From NCBI GenBank assembly GCA_045119455.1, contig JBGVDR010000120.1, forward strand, positions 1,941 through 65,940: a stretch of 64,000 nt of DNA. The letters run 5' to 3'. Below, piece by piece: positions 1-8,890 of the stretch. The notes under the pieces were generated by a model that worked only from the letters and a program-made list of their open reading frames with translations, was not told the DNA's origin and made no database searches. Within the stretch, counting starts at the first letter, position 1. Each line of letters starts with the position of its first letter. Origin of the DNA: Faecousia sp. (GTDB lineage Bacteria; Bacillota; Clostridia; Oscillospirales; Oscillospiraceae). The position numbers and the translations under genes were made by a program.

Positions 1-1506
1 AAAGACCTTATCGGAGGTCTGCAAGGCAACGGAGTTGTCCACGATGCGGAAAATATCATCAAAGCCGTCATCATCGGTATCGAAAGCGGCAACGTCGTCC
101 ACTTCAAAAACCTTAACATCCTCGGCCAGAACGCCGAAGTTGTTGTTGATGCTGGGGTCGAAGTTCAGGATCAGGGTATTCGGATCGAAATCGTAAACCG
201 TTTTGTTCTGGAACTGCTCATACCGGGCAGTGTTCACAATGGTGGTGAAGGGGTTGCAAAGGGGCTGGCTGTCGACGTCGATCAAAATGGCCTCAGCCAC
301 GAAATGCTCGGGAAGCTGACCGTTGATCTGGGCGGTGACCTCGGCCATGTCGCTGCCGGCGGCAACAACGTGGGAAGCGTAGGTCAGACCGTCGTTGATG
401 TAGCAACGGTTGGCGGGGTACTCATCGGCGAAGAAGATTTCTTCATCGATAAAACGCACGATCAGAGCGCAGTTATCCGTGGCGGTGACGATGGCGGTGG
501 CGGTGTTGTTCTCCACATCCACGACCAGATCCGTAATGGAGTAGACGCTGACGGAGTCGTCAGAGCCGGTGGCTACGCCGTTGATCACCAGGATCCACTT
601 GGCGTACAGGGTTACATCCTGCGCAACGGGTGCATTAAAATCAAAGGCATTTTCAAAGGTTCCGTTATCGGTAAACCAGCCGCCAAAGACGCAGTTTTCC
701 TTAGCGGGAGCCTCCGGCGCAACGGCATACTCACCGCTGACGATCTGCTGAGCTTCAATCTCACTGCCGCCATTGCTCTGGAAGGTGACAGTGTACACAG
801 CGGGTTCTTCGTGGATGGGATAGGTGACCTGAGCCTTCAAAACGTAGTCGGTGCCATCGATGGAGATGGTTTTATCGACCATAATAGCCCGGCGGTCAGT
901 GTCAGCGGCGAAAACATTGCCGGGGATCATGGTGAGCACCATAACAAGGCACAGCAGCAGGCTGAAGACCTTGAAAGCCGTCTTGTTCTTGACGACCAGC
1001 ACGGCAAGACCAAGGCTGACCAGCAGTGTGGCAACCAAAATCAAATAACCCAGGCTCTCGCCGGTTTCAGGGACTTCTTCGACCGGGGGCGTGTTGTCCT
1101 CGGGCTGCTCAGGCTGCTCAGGTTCCTCGGGCTGCTGAGGCGGCTGGGGCTGCTCAGGCTGCTCGGGCTCCTCATTCTTCTCGGAAGTCACAACAATCAC
1201 GGCACTGTAGGTCTCGCCGGCCGGAATTGCAATGTCATCAATCTGCAGATCGCCATTGACGACAATCAGACCCTCCGGCAGCAGTGCCTCCAGGGAAATG
1301 TCGTTTACATCGTATGTATTGGTATTTTGCACGGAAACAGAAATTTGAATTTCATCTCCGGCAGTGAAGCTGTCGCCCACGGTCTCGATGGACACCAGCA
1401 ATCCGTCCTGCTGGGTAGCTGCTTCAGCGTGGGCTGCCACCGGCAAAGATGCCAGCATACAGACCGAAAGCAGTACAGCCAACAGCACTAACATTGACTT
1501 TTTCAT
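1..1506 (-). CDS. Large secreted/surface protein with internal sortase signal, second signal peptide and an InlB B-type (Listeria-Bacteroides) repeat; 3' end outside window
   Basis: Not in the ORF track. Manual translation from ATG at 1506 (GGAGG RBS upstream) stays open to base 1: MKKSMLVLLAVLLSVCMLASLPVAAHA..., EQP-rich linker, VPETG at 1074-1060, two hydrophobic segments, YTVTFQSNGGS...GGWF...TLYAKW repeat at 795-595. Confidence 0.9.
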   Translation of the reverse strand, partial: MKKSMLVLLAVLLSVCMLASLPVAAHAEAATQQDGLLVSIETVGDSFTAGDEIQISVSVQNTNTYDVNDISLEALLPEGLIVVNGDLQIDDIAIPAGETYSAVIVVTSEKNEEPEQPEQPQPPQQPEEPEQPEQPEDNTPPVEEVPETGESLGYLILVATLLVSLGLAVLVVKNKTAFKVFSLLLCLVMVLTMIPGNVFAADTDRRAIMVDKTISIDGTDYVLKAQVTYPIHEEPAVYTVTFQSNGGSEIEAQQIVSGEYAVAPEAPAKENCVFGGWFTDNGTFENAFDFNAPVAQDVTLYAKWILVINGVATGSDDSVSVYSITDLVVDVENNTATAIVTATDNCALIVRFIDEEIFFADEYPANRCYINDGLTYASHVVAAGSDMAEVTAQINGQLPEHFVAEAILIDVDSQPLCNPFTTIVNTARYEQFQNKTVYDFDPNTLILNFDPSINNNFGVLAEDVKVFEVDDVAAFDTDDDGFDDIFRIVDNSVALQTSDKVF

Positions 1507-1545
1507 TTTTCTTCCTCCATTCCTTTTTTTAGAGATACCTTGATT

Positions 1546-1574
1546 ACTATACCACCGTGGTATGGCAATGTCAA
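1546..1574 (-). promoter_or_regulatory. Sigma-A-type promoter for the surface protein gene
   Basis: TTGACA (1574-1569), 17 bp, TATAGT (1551-1546) on the minus strand. Confidence 0.6.
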
Positions 1575-1808
1575 TGAAATACCCTTTTTTAGAAATATTT
1601 TCTGCGGGTTTTCTTGAGCTTTATGCTAAAATAACCAAAAAAACCTTTGTTTTCAAGTCAAAAAGCTTCGTGATGCACAAAGTGAAAAAAATATATACAT
1701 AAAGACGGTAGTATGCCGGGCGCAAACTGTGTCGAAACTACGCTTGCCGCTCCCCGGAATATGGATATTTTATAGCCGGAGGTGCTGCAAAAACGGGTAG
1801 ACATAAAG

Positions 1809-1835
1809 AAAACCGGTGCTTTTCGCACCGGTTTT
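1809..1835 (-). terminator. Rho-independent terminator
   Basis: AAAACCGGTGC-TTTTC-GCACCGGTTTT hairpin just downstream of the 1854..2111 gene. Confidence 0.7.
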
Positions 1836-1853
1836 GCTTTGTAAGTAGGTTGT

Positions 1854-2111
1854 TTATTTCAGTATATTGAAGAAATTCAGCACGGAAATAACGATGCCCA
1901 GCAGGCAGTACAGTCCGAACAGGGTGTTGGGGATGCCGACGATCCAGCCCAGCAGGAAGAACAGGTTGCCCAGGATGCTACCGATCAGACCAAGGATCAG
2001 GCCCACAACCACACCGGCAACAACGTAAATAATGATGCTAACCACCAGATTGGTGATATCCTTTTCCTTCACATTGAAGGAGAAAGGGAAAAACTTCTTG
2101 AGCATATCCAT
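1854..2111 (-). CDS. Small two-TM membrane protein of unknown function
   Basis: 85-aa ORF, AAGGAG RBS, two hydrophobic stretches, terminator downstream. Confidence 0.75.
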   Translation of the reverse strand: MDMLKKFFPFSFNVKEKDITNLVVSIIIYVVAGVVVGLILGLIGSILGNLFFLLGWIVGIPNTLFGLYCLLGIVISVLNFFNILK

Positions 2112-2237
2112 TTGATATACATCTCCTTTTTTGAAATCAGTGACATTATATCACACACAATCCAAAAAGCAAGGAAATTTTGCGTCGAACGGATACTATT
2201 GGGGAAAATTGGCGCAAAAACCAAAATATTCCCCTCG

Positions 2238-2648
2238 TTATAGCAAATGTTCTCCGCCGGAGAAACTCAGGGGAAGAAGCTGCGTCAGCGTGCGGGTTAC
2301 GATCTGGCCGGAGCTGTCTGTCATATGGATCAGGAAATCCTCACCACAGAATTCCAGCATCACCTGACGGCACACGCCGCAGGGGGTGCAGAGATTGGTA
2401 ATCTGACCGCCTTTGCCGCCGCAGATGGCGATGGCGGTAAAATCCCGGTGTCCGTCGTAGACGGCTTTGAAGAAAGCGGTGCGCTCGGCGCAGTTAGTGG
2501 GGCTGAAGGATGCGTTCTCCACGTTGCAGCCCTGATAGACAGTGCCGTCAGCGCATAGCAGTGCTGCGCCTACATGAAAGCCGGAGTAAGGGGCATAGGC
2601 GTGGGTCATGGCTTCTTTGGCGAGAGTCATCAGTTGTTCAGCGGTCAT
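2238..2648 (-). CDS. cdd: Cytidine deaminase
   Basis: AYAPYSGFHVGAAL, GCNVEN, CAER and PCGVCRQ zinc motifs; start moved to MTAEQL, overlapping the upstream stop. Confidence 0.95.
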   Translation of the reverse strand: MTAEQLMTLAKEAMTHAYAPYSGFHVGAALLCADGTVYQGCNVENASFSPTNCAERTAFFKAVYDGHRDFTAIAICGGKGGQITNLCTPCGVCRQVMLEFCGEDFLIHMTDSSGQIVTRTLTQLLPLSFSGGEHLL

Positions 2649-3670
2649 TTTGTGTTCCCTCCTTTGCGATAAATCCATCCATCTGTGCAGCTAAGCAGCT
2701 TGTGGAACAAAACGGCCAACAGCAGCGTTGCGCAGAAAGCTGCTGCCAGATAGATATATTGGTTTGAGAAATATTTTTGCAGGATAATCATAGGAATTCG
2801 CTGCAAAATATAAATCTCAAAGGTGTATTTGCCCAAGAATGTGAGTACCGGATTGCCAAGCCGGAACAGCATGGTGCCGCCCAAAACGGTCAACGCAAAG
2901 AACACAGCCATTCCTTCCCGGGCGATCAGGCTGTCTTGCAGAACGAAACACAGCACAAACACTGCTCCACAAAAAGCGGTGGCCAGCAAGGGAAGAAACC
3001 GCTTTTTGCGAAGAAACCCTTCAATGGGCTCTTTATATAGTCCGTAAAGTGCACCGGCGGGATACACCAGCGCCGTGTCGTACCACCAAATTCCCTTCCA
3101 TTGCCGCAGAACCAGAATATACCCGACGGACAGCACCACCAGCGAAGTGACCGCCAAGGTGTGATTTTTCCGGAACAGGGTGAAGGACAACCATGTAAAC
3201 AGGTACATACAAAGGGTGGCGAAAATGTACCAGTTGCTGTTGCCGATGGAATCCCATCCGGTAAAAGACAGGGCGATTCGCACGAAACCGTAATTCTTAC
3301 CCATGAACAGCCCTAAAACCAGATACAGCGCCACTGCTGCCGCAAAATGGTACCAGACTTTGAAAAAACGGTTCCACGGGATCCCGGCCACATAGGAGTG
3401 ACCCTTGGCACGGATGGAGCGCATGATGCCGTAGCCGGAATAGAACAGGAAGGGAACCACAATCAGTTGATCCAACTGGGTGTTCACCGTTTTGAACAGG
3501 CCATCCCAAGGACCAAGGTTGATGTAATCCACCGTATGCCGCAGAAATACCAGCAACACGAAAAAGCCGTTTATGGCACCGGTTTGCTCTTTGGACAGGT
3601 GTGCGTCATCCCTGCGGGGGCGGATTCCCCAGATTCCGAGAAGGCATACAGCAAGGAAAATGAAATTCAT
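2645..3670 (-). CDS. Membrane acyltransferase (acyltransferase-3-like)
   Basis: About 10 TM segments; INGFFVLLVFLRH, FLFYSGYG, NWY and LGKYTFEIYILQ motifs resemble AT3 proteins. Confidence 0.75.
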   Translation of the reverse strand: MNFIFLAVCLLGIWGIRPRRDDAHLSKEQTGAINGFFVLLVFLRHTVDYINLGPWDGLFKTVNTQLDQLIVVPFLFYSGYGIMRSIRAKGHSYVAGIPWNRFFKVWYHFAAAVALYLVLGLFMGKNYGFVRIALSFTGWDSIGNSNWYIFATLCMYLFTWLSFTLFRKNHTLAVTSLVVLSVGYILVLRQWKGIWWYDTALVYPAGALYGLYKEPIEGFLRKKRFLPLLATAFCGAVFVLCFVLQDSLIAREGMAVFFALTVLGGTMLFRLGNPVLTFLGKYTFEIYILQRIPMIILQKYFSNQYIYLAAAFCATLLLAVLFHKLLSCTDGWIYRKGGNTK

Positions 3671-4833
3671 AACAGGATTTTCTCCGCAAAGCTCTTGCCG
3701 GGGGTGTCCAGAGCCACATCCAGCAGTTCCGCCACGGTGGCGGCGATATCGGCAAAGCTGCTGCGGGTGCCCAAATTCACGGGGCGCACCTGCTTGCCCA
3801 GAATGAGCAGGGGAACGTGCTCCCGGGTGTGGTCAGTGGTGGCGTGATAGCCGGGGTCGCAGCCGTGGTCGGCGGTGATCATAACGAGATCATCGTCACC
3901 CAGCTTGCTCAGCAGCTCCGGCAGCCATGCGTCAAACTCAGACAGGGCTTTGGCATAGCCGTCGATATCCCGGCGGTGACCGTAAACCATGTCGAAATCC
4001 ACCAGATTGACGAAGCAAAGACCATTAAAGTCGGTGTCGGCATAGTGCAGCGTGTGGGCCATGCCATCGGCGTTGCTCTTGTTGTAAACGTGCTCGCTTA
4101 CGCCGATGCCGGCGAAAATATCGTAGATTTTCCCTACGCCGATGGACGCTTTCCCGGCGGCCTGCAGTGCATCCAGTAAGGTAGCCTTGGGGGGCTCCAG
4201 GGAGTAATCGTGCCGGTTGGAGGTGCGCTTATAGTTGCCGCTGGTGCCCACGAAGGGACGGGCGATCACCCGGCCGACACCGTGCTTGCCCTGCAGGAGC
4301 TTGCGGGCAATGCGACAGTATTCGTAAAGCTGTTCCAGAGGGACAACGTCCTCGTGGGCGGCAATCTGGAAAACGGAGTCGGCGGATGTATAGACGATCA
4401 GATCGCCGGTGCGCAGGTGCTCGTCGCCAAATTCGTTGATAACCTCAGTGCCGGACCAGGGGGCGTTGGCAAGGATGCCCCGGCCGGTGGCGGCGCGGAA
4501 GGGCTCCAAAATCTCCTCCGGGAAGCCGTTGGGGTAGGTGGGCAGGGGGTTGGGGGACACGATGCCGGCGATTTCCCAGTGACCGATGGTGGTGTCTTTG
4601 CCCATGGATTGTTCCGCCAGCCGGGCGTAGGCACCGGTGGGGGCGGTGGTTTTGGGAAGGACATCTACGCCGTCGATGTTGCCAAGGCCGGCGGCGACCA
4701 TGTTGGGGATGTTCAAATATTCAGAAGTGGCGCAGGAGCGCAGGGTGTTGGTGCCGGGATCGCCGAAATCGGCGGCATCCGGCAACGCTCCGATGCCAAA
4801 GGAATCAAGAACGATTAAAAATACTCGTTTCAT
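3667..4833 (-). CDS. deoB: Phosphopentomutase
   Basis: RVFLIVLDSFGIG, GKDTTIGHWE, NLVDFDMVYGHRRD, TADHGCDP. Confidence 0.97.
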   Translation of the reverse strand: MKRVFLIVLDSFGIGALPDAADFGDPGTNTLRSCATSEYLNIPNMVAAGLGNIDGVDVLPKTTAPTGAYARLAEQSMGKDTTIGHWEIAGIVSPNPLPTYPNGFPEEILEPFRAATGRGILANAPWSGTEVINEFGDEHLRTGDLIVYTSADSVFQIAAHEDVVPLEQLYEYCRIARKLLQGKHGVGRVIARPFVGTSGNYKRTSNRHDYSLEPPKATLLDALQAAGKASIGVGKIYDIFAGIGVSEHVYNKSNADGMAHTLHYADTDFNGLCFVNLVDFDMVYGHRRDIDGYAKALSEFDAWLPELLSKLGDDDLVMITADHGCDPGYHATTDHTREHVPLLILGKQVRPVNLGTRSSFADIAATVAELLDVALDTPGKSFAEKILL

Positions 4834-4879
4834 AGGATTTCACCTCCAAAAAGAGTTAGTGCGGTAAAAGTAATATGCC

Positions 4880-5632
4880 TTACTTATTCTCCATCGCCAC
4901 GGCTACATCCAGCGCCACCTTCATCATGGTGGTGAAAGCGGTCTGGCGTTCGGCGGCGGTGGTCTCCACGCCCTTGAGGATGTGGTCGGAAATGGTGCAG
5001 ATGCACAGGCCACGCTTGCCGTAGCGGGCGGCGTTCATATACAGGGCGGCGGCCTCCATCTCCAGCGCCATCACGCCCATCTTCTTCTGGTTGTACAGGG
5101 TGTCCAAACCGGCGGGAACCTCGGCGTGGTCACCGTAGAACACATCAGAGGAGTTCACGTTGCCCACATGGTAGGTGGCGCCGTTGGCCTCGGCGGCTTT
5201 GACGGCCTCGCTGAGGAGCGTGAAATCCGCAATGGGGGCAAAAGTGCCGGGGAAGTGGAACTGGTGGACGAAGTTGCTGTCGGTGCAGGCACCCTGAGCA
5301 ATGACCAGATCGTACAGGTTGATGTTCTCTTGAATGGAACCGGCGGAGCCTACACGGATGATATTCTCCACGCCGAAGAAGTTGAACAGCTCATGGGAGT
5401 AGATGCCGATGGCGGGCATACCCATGCCGGAGGCCATGACGGACACCTTCACACCCTTATAGTAGCCGGTGTAACCCTGGACACCTCGGACGTTGTTCAC
5501 GAGAACGGGATTTTCCAGGAAGTTTTCGGCGATGAACTTACTGCGCAGGGGGTCGCCGGGCATCAGAACGGTCTTGCCGAAGCCAATTTCGTTCTGGACG
5601 TTAATGTGGGGAGTGGCGGGATAGTTGGACAT
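4880..5632 (-). CDS. deoD: Purine-nucleoside phosphorylase (DeoD type)
   Basis: ATPHI, LMPGDPLRSKFIAE, SGMGMP, IIRVGSAG, LEMEAA; start at MSNYP after an AAGGAG RBS. Confidence 0.95.
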   Translation of the reverse strand: MSNYPATPHINVQNEIGFGKTVLMPGDPLRSKFIAENFLENPVLVNNVRGVQGYTGYYKGVKVSVMASGMGMPAIGIYSHELFNFFGVENIIRVGSAGSIQENINLYDLVIAQGACTDSNFVHQFHFPGTFAPIADFTLLSEAVKAAEANGATYHVGNVNSSDVFYGDHAEVPAGLDTLYNQKKMGVMALEMEAAALYMNAARYGKRGLCICTISDHILKGVETTAAERQTAFTTMMKVALDVAVAMENK

Positions 5633-5656
5633 AGGGATACTCCTTTCAAGGTTATT

Positions 5657-5753
5657 CGTCATTGCGAGCCGGCGACAGCTGGCGTGGCAATCCCGTAAGG
5701 ATTCCGGAATGTCCGGGGGATTGCCGCGTCGCCTTCGGCTTCTCGTAATGACG
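5657..5753. repeat. CGTC-tagged REP-like palindromic element (inverted doublet)
   Basis: CGTCATTGCGAG...CGTGGCAATCCC...GGGATTGCCGCG...CTCGTAATGACG; related copies at 6995, 22504, 24914 and 38030. Confidence 0.8.
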
Positions 5754-5760
5754 CAGATTT

Positions 5761-6429
5761 TTAGTAGCTTCCGTCGTTTTCCAGACCCTTGGCAATTTTG
5801 ACCACACGGCTGGTGCCCAGGCGGCTTGCGCCCAGGGCAATGAATTTTTCTGCATCCTCCAGGCTGGAAATGCCGCCGGCGGCCTTGATTTTTACATGGG
5901 GTGCCACGTATTTGGCGAAGAGCTCCACGTCGGCGAAGGTGGCGCCGGCTTTGGAAAAGCCTGTGGAGGTCTTGATATAGTCAGCTCCGGACACGGACAC
6001 CACGTGGCACATCTGGATTTTCTCCTCGTCAGTGAGCAGGCAGGTTTCGATGATGACCTTCAGAATCTTGTTGCCGCAGGCGGACTTGATGGCGGCGATT
6101 TCGTCCCGAAGCTCGTCGAATTTGCCGTCCTTAACCCAGCCGATATTGATGACCATGTCCACCTCGTCGGCGCCGTTGGCCACAGCGTCCATGGCCTCGA
6201 AGCACTTGACGGCGGTGGTGGAGTAGCCGTTGGGGAAACCGATGACGGTGCAAATTGCCAGCCGGTTGCCCACGTATTCCTTGGCCTGCTTGACGAAGGA
6301 GGCGGGGATGCACACCGAGGCGGTGCCGTATTTCATGCCGTCGTCGCAGATGGCACGGATTTCGTCCCAGGTGGCGCTCTGCGCCAGCAGGGTATGGTCA
6401 CAGCGGGAAAGAATTTGGTTAAGTTCCAT
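5761..6429 (-). CDS. deoC: Deoxyribose-phosphate aldolase
   Basis: [47 protein letters not shown]. Confidence 0.97.
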   Translation of the reverse strand: MELNQILSRCDHTLLAQSATWDEIRAICDDGMKYGTASVCIPASFVKQAKEYVGNRLAICTVIGFPNGYSTTAVKCFEAMDAVANGADEVDMVINIGWVKDGKFDELRDEIAAIKSACGNKILKVIIETCLLTDEEKIQMCHVVSVSGADYIKTSTGFSKAGATFADVELFAKYVAPHVKIKAAGGISSLEDAEKFIALGASRLGTSRVVKIAKGLENDGSY

Positions 6430-6505
6430 AAAAATCACTCCTAGTATTGCTTGATGTTATATTATATCATACAAACACATTGGGATGCAAGTCCCAAATT
6501 TTCGC

Positions 6506-6874
6506 TCAGCGGTCCTGAATTTCGGCTTCCTGGGCATGGAGCCGCACGCTTTCGATGCCCCCCAGGGCGCTGGCCTTTGTGGTGTAGCCCTCGGACGCGG
6601 CGATGATTTTTCCGTTGTGGGCCCGGAGCCGGAAGCGGAATTGCCCCGCCTTGTCCTGAAACAGTTGGAATTTGGGGTTGGAAACCGTAGCGGAGGGGCC
6701 GGCGGTCAGATCCTCCAGCCCAGCCTTGGGCGCATTGCGCTGCACCGAGGCGATACCACGCAGGCAGGCCGCTCGGGTGAGGTAGATTTCGGATGCGGCG
6801 ATGATTTGCCCATTGCCTGCGGTCAGGTCAAATTTGATACCGGAAGCCACGGTCCGAATGATGAATTTTCCCAT
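6506..6874 (-). CDS. YegP/DUF1508 family protein (two tandem domains)
   Basis: KFDLTAGNGQIIAASEIY and FRFRLRAHNGKIIAASEGY repeats; likely start MGKFII at 6874. Confidence 0.85.
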   Translation of the reverse strand: MGKFIIRTVASGIKFDLTAGNGQIIAASEIYLTRAACLRGIASVQRNAPKAGLEDLTAGPSATVSNPKFQLFQDKAGQFRFRLRAHNGKIIAASEGYTTKASALGGIESVRLHAQEAEIQDR

Positions 6875-6964
6875 GATGTATCCCCTTTTTCTCCCAGTAT
6901 ACCCTTGGTTGGGGAAAGTTGCAAGCCCCGGTGGAAAAAAACAGCCCAAATGCCAGGACAAAAG

Positions 6965-7040
6965 AAAGGATTGTTTAGCGGTGTAATCAAAGTTGTCATT
7001 GCGAGCACGGCTGCGCCGGGCCAGATCCGCAAACATCATT
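6965..7040. repeat. Short copy of inverted-repeat-bounded intergenic element
   Basis: AAAGGATTGTTTAGCGGTGTA...GTCATTGCGAG...CGCAAACATCATT; ends resemble those of the elements at 24884 and 44224. Confidence 0.55.
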
Positions 7041-7092
7041 CCCCCACGGTTTGGACAATAGCAAAGGGAGAGGCAATGCCTCTCCCTGTTGA

Positions 7093-7305
7093 TCAACCAT
7101 ATTTTTGAGGATCCTCATCCTCGGGACTTTGAGAATCGTCCAGGGGGTCGCTCTGCCGGGAGTACCATCTCCGAATCAGGCAAATCGGGATATAGCCCAG
7201 TGCCAGCAGGCAGATACCGCCGAACACCGAACCCCAGAAGGCAATCAGGCAGGCCAGCAGTATGGCCGCCATGACGGTCATGGTGATTTTTCCTTTTGTA
7301 CTCAT
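7093..7305 (-). CDS. Small two-TM membrane protein
   Basis: 70-aa ORF 2 bp downstream of the previous gene's stop, GAGGAG RBS, hydrophobic hairpin, terminator-like hairpin at about 7062-7090. Confidence 0.65.
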   Translation of the reverse strand: MSTKGKITMTVMAAILLACLIAFWGSVFGGICLLALGYIPICLIRRWYSRQSDPLDDSQSPEDEDPQKYG

Positions 7306-7307
7306 AC

Positions 7308-7505
7308 TTACTCCTCGACCAGGGGCAGGGGGCTGACCACCGGACGTCCGTCCCGGTCCAGCAGAGCGGTCAGACCGCCGGCGTAGCCGTTTTGGACAAA
7401 CAGGTAGTTGACGCCGGTCTTTTTGTCAATCCAAATCTGGGCATCGGCGCAGAATGCATCGTCGCCGGCCTTGATGACATGGAATCGGGTTTCTTTCTTC
7501 GCCAT
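7308..7505 (-). CDS. DUF6440-like small protein
   Basis: IWIDKKTGVNYLF...GGLTALLDRDGRP pattern; start overlaps the SPFH stop. Confidence 0.75.
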   Translation of the reverse strand: MAKKETRFHVIKAGDDAFCADAQIWIDKKTGVNYLFVQNGYAGGLTALLDRDGRPVVSPLPLVEE

Positions 7506-8431
7506 TACTTCTTGACGCCTTCAACAATTCCGTTGGCCATGCCCACCAGACCCTGCATTTCGCTGGGGATGATGATTTTGGTGGCCTGACCGTCGGCGAT
7601 TTTCTGCATAGCCTCGATGGACTTCAGCTTAAGCACCTGGTCGTTGGGGGCTTTGTCATTCAGCAGAGCCAGGGAGTCGGCCAAAGCCTTCTGCACCGCC
7701 AGGATGGCCTGGGCTTCGCCGTCGGCCTTCAGAATGGCGGCCTGCTGCTCGGCCTCCGCCTTCAAAATAGCGGCCTGCTTTTCAGCGTCGGCACGGAGGA
7801 TGGCGGATTCCCGCTCACCTTCGGCAATCAGAATGGCGGACTTCTTCTGACCCTCGGCCTGGAGAATTGCCTGACGGCGGTCACGCTCGGCCTTCATCTG
7901 CTTCTCCATGGAGCTCTGGATGTCGGCGGGGGGCAGAATGTTCTTCAGCTCCACGCGGTTGACCTTAATGCCCCAGGGGTCGGTGGCCTCGTCCAGGATG
8001 GAGCGCATCTTGGTGTTGATGATGTCACGGCTGGTCAGGGTCTGGTCCAGCTCCAGGTCACCGATGATGTTACGCAGGGTGGTGGCGGTCAGGGTTTCCA
8101 TAGCCGCCATGGGGTGCTCCACGCCGTAGGTGTAGAGCTTGGGGTCGGTGATTTGGAAGTAAACAACAGTGTCAATCTGCATGGTGACGTTGTCCTTGGT
8201 GATAACGGGCTGGGGGGGATAGTCGTGAACCTGCTCCTTCAGGCTCACCCGGCGGGCGATGCGGTCGATGAAGGGAATCTTCACGTGCAGGCCCACGCTG
8301 AGAACTTTGTTGAAGGCACCCAGACGCTCGATGACGTAGGCCCGGGACTGCTGGACAACAAAAATGTTGGAGATGACGATGATGAAAAGCACCACCGCAA
8401 CGGCGATTAAAACAATAGCGAGTGTAGTCAT
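7505..8431 (-). CDS. SPFH/Band 7/stomatin-like protein
   Basis: N-terminal TM, VITKDNV, LRNIIG, WGIKVNRVELK, Ala/Glu coiled-coil tail. Confidence 0.95.
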   Translation of the reverse strand: MTTLAIVLIAVAVVLFIIVISNIFVVQQSRAYVIERLGAFNKVLSVGLHVKIPFIDRIARRVSLKEQVHDYPPQPVITKDNVTMQIDTVVYFQITDPKLYTYGVEHPMAAMETLTATTLRNIIGDLELDQTLTSRDIINTKMRSILDEATDPWGIKVNRVELKNILPPADIQSSMEKQMKAERDRRQAILQAEGQKKSAILIAEGERESAILRADAEKQAAILKAEAEQQAAILKADGEAQAILAVQKALADSLALLNDKAPNDQVLKLKSIEAMQKIADGQATKIIIPSEMQGLVGMANGIVEGVKK

Positions 8432-8446
8432 ATTTTCCTCCTAAAT

Positions 8447-8890
8447 TTACTTTTCTGCCACGGAAACCATGGCTTTTACACCCTCGATTCGTTCCACACG
8501 AACCAAGGTGCCTTTGCTGATTTGACTGCCGTCGGCGCTCCGGGCGGACCATTCCATGGCTCCCAGCTTCACGGTGCCCTGGGCGGTCAGATTGTCAATA
8601 TCCGCCGTTACATAGCCGGTGGTGCCGACCATAGCATCGACGTTGGTGGCGACGATTTTTGGGCGAATGTACTTGCGGAGAAACGGGCGCATGCAGCATA
8701 TCAAAATGGTTGCTACTGCGAAAAACAGCACCGTCTGAAGCCAAATTGGGGCCCCAAGCAGGGCGGCAATCACGGCTACAAGTCCGCCCGCCGCAAACCA
8801 GACGGATACCAGCGCCACGGTCTGAGCCTCCATGATGATAAACAGCACCATCAGACCCAGCCAAAACAATGCAGCGTAATACATACACAT
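8447..8890 (-). CDS. NfeD family membrane protein (short form)
   Basis: N-terminal TMs plus GTVKLGAMEWSARS OB-fold motif; directly upstream of the SPFH gene. Confidence 0.9.
   Translation of the reverse strand: MCMYYAALFWLGLMVLFIIMEAQTVALVSVWFAAGGLVAVIAALLGAPIWLQTVLFFAVATILICCMRPFLRKYIRPKIVATNVDAMVGTTGYVTADIDNLTAQGTVKLGAMEWSARSADGSQISKGTLVRVERIEGVKAMVSVAEK

Noticed and set aside
304-1491. 395-aa plus-strand ORF with LLRLL repeats
   Set aside because: Antisense shadow of the real minus-strand surface-protein gene, which has an RBS, promoter and recognisable motifs.
1670-1790. Possible c-di-GMP riboswitch upstream of the surface protein
   Set aside because: Only scattered GCAAA/GAAA words on the wrong strand; the apparent promoter lies closer to the gene, so this stretch would not be in the leader.
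6875-7096. N-terminal extension of the YegP ORF
   Set aside because: Runs through a terminator and a repeat element; the recognisable domain begins at the ATG at 6874.
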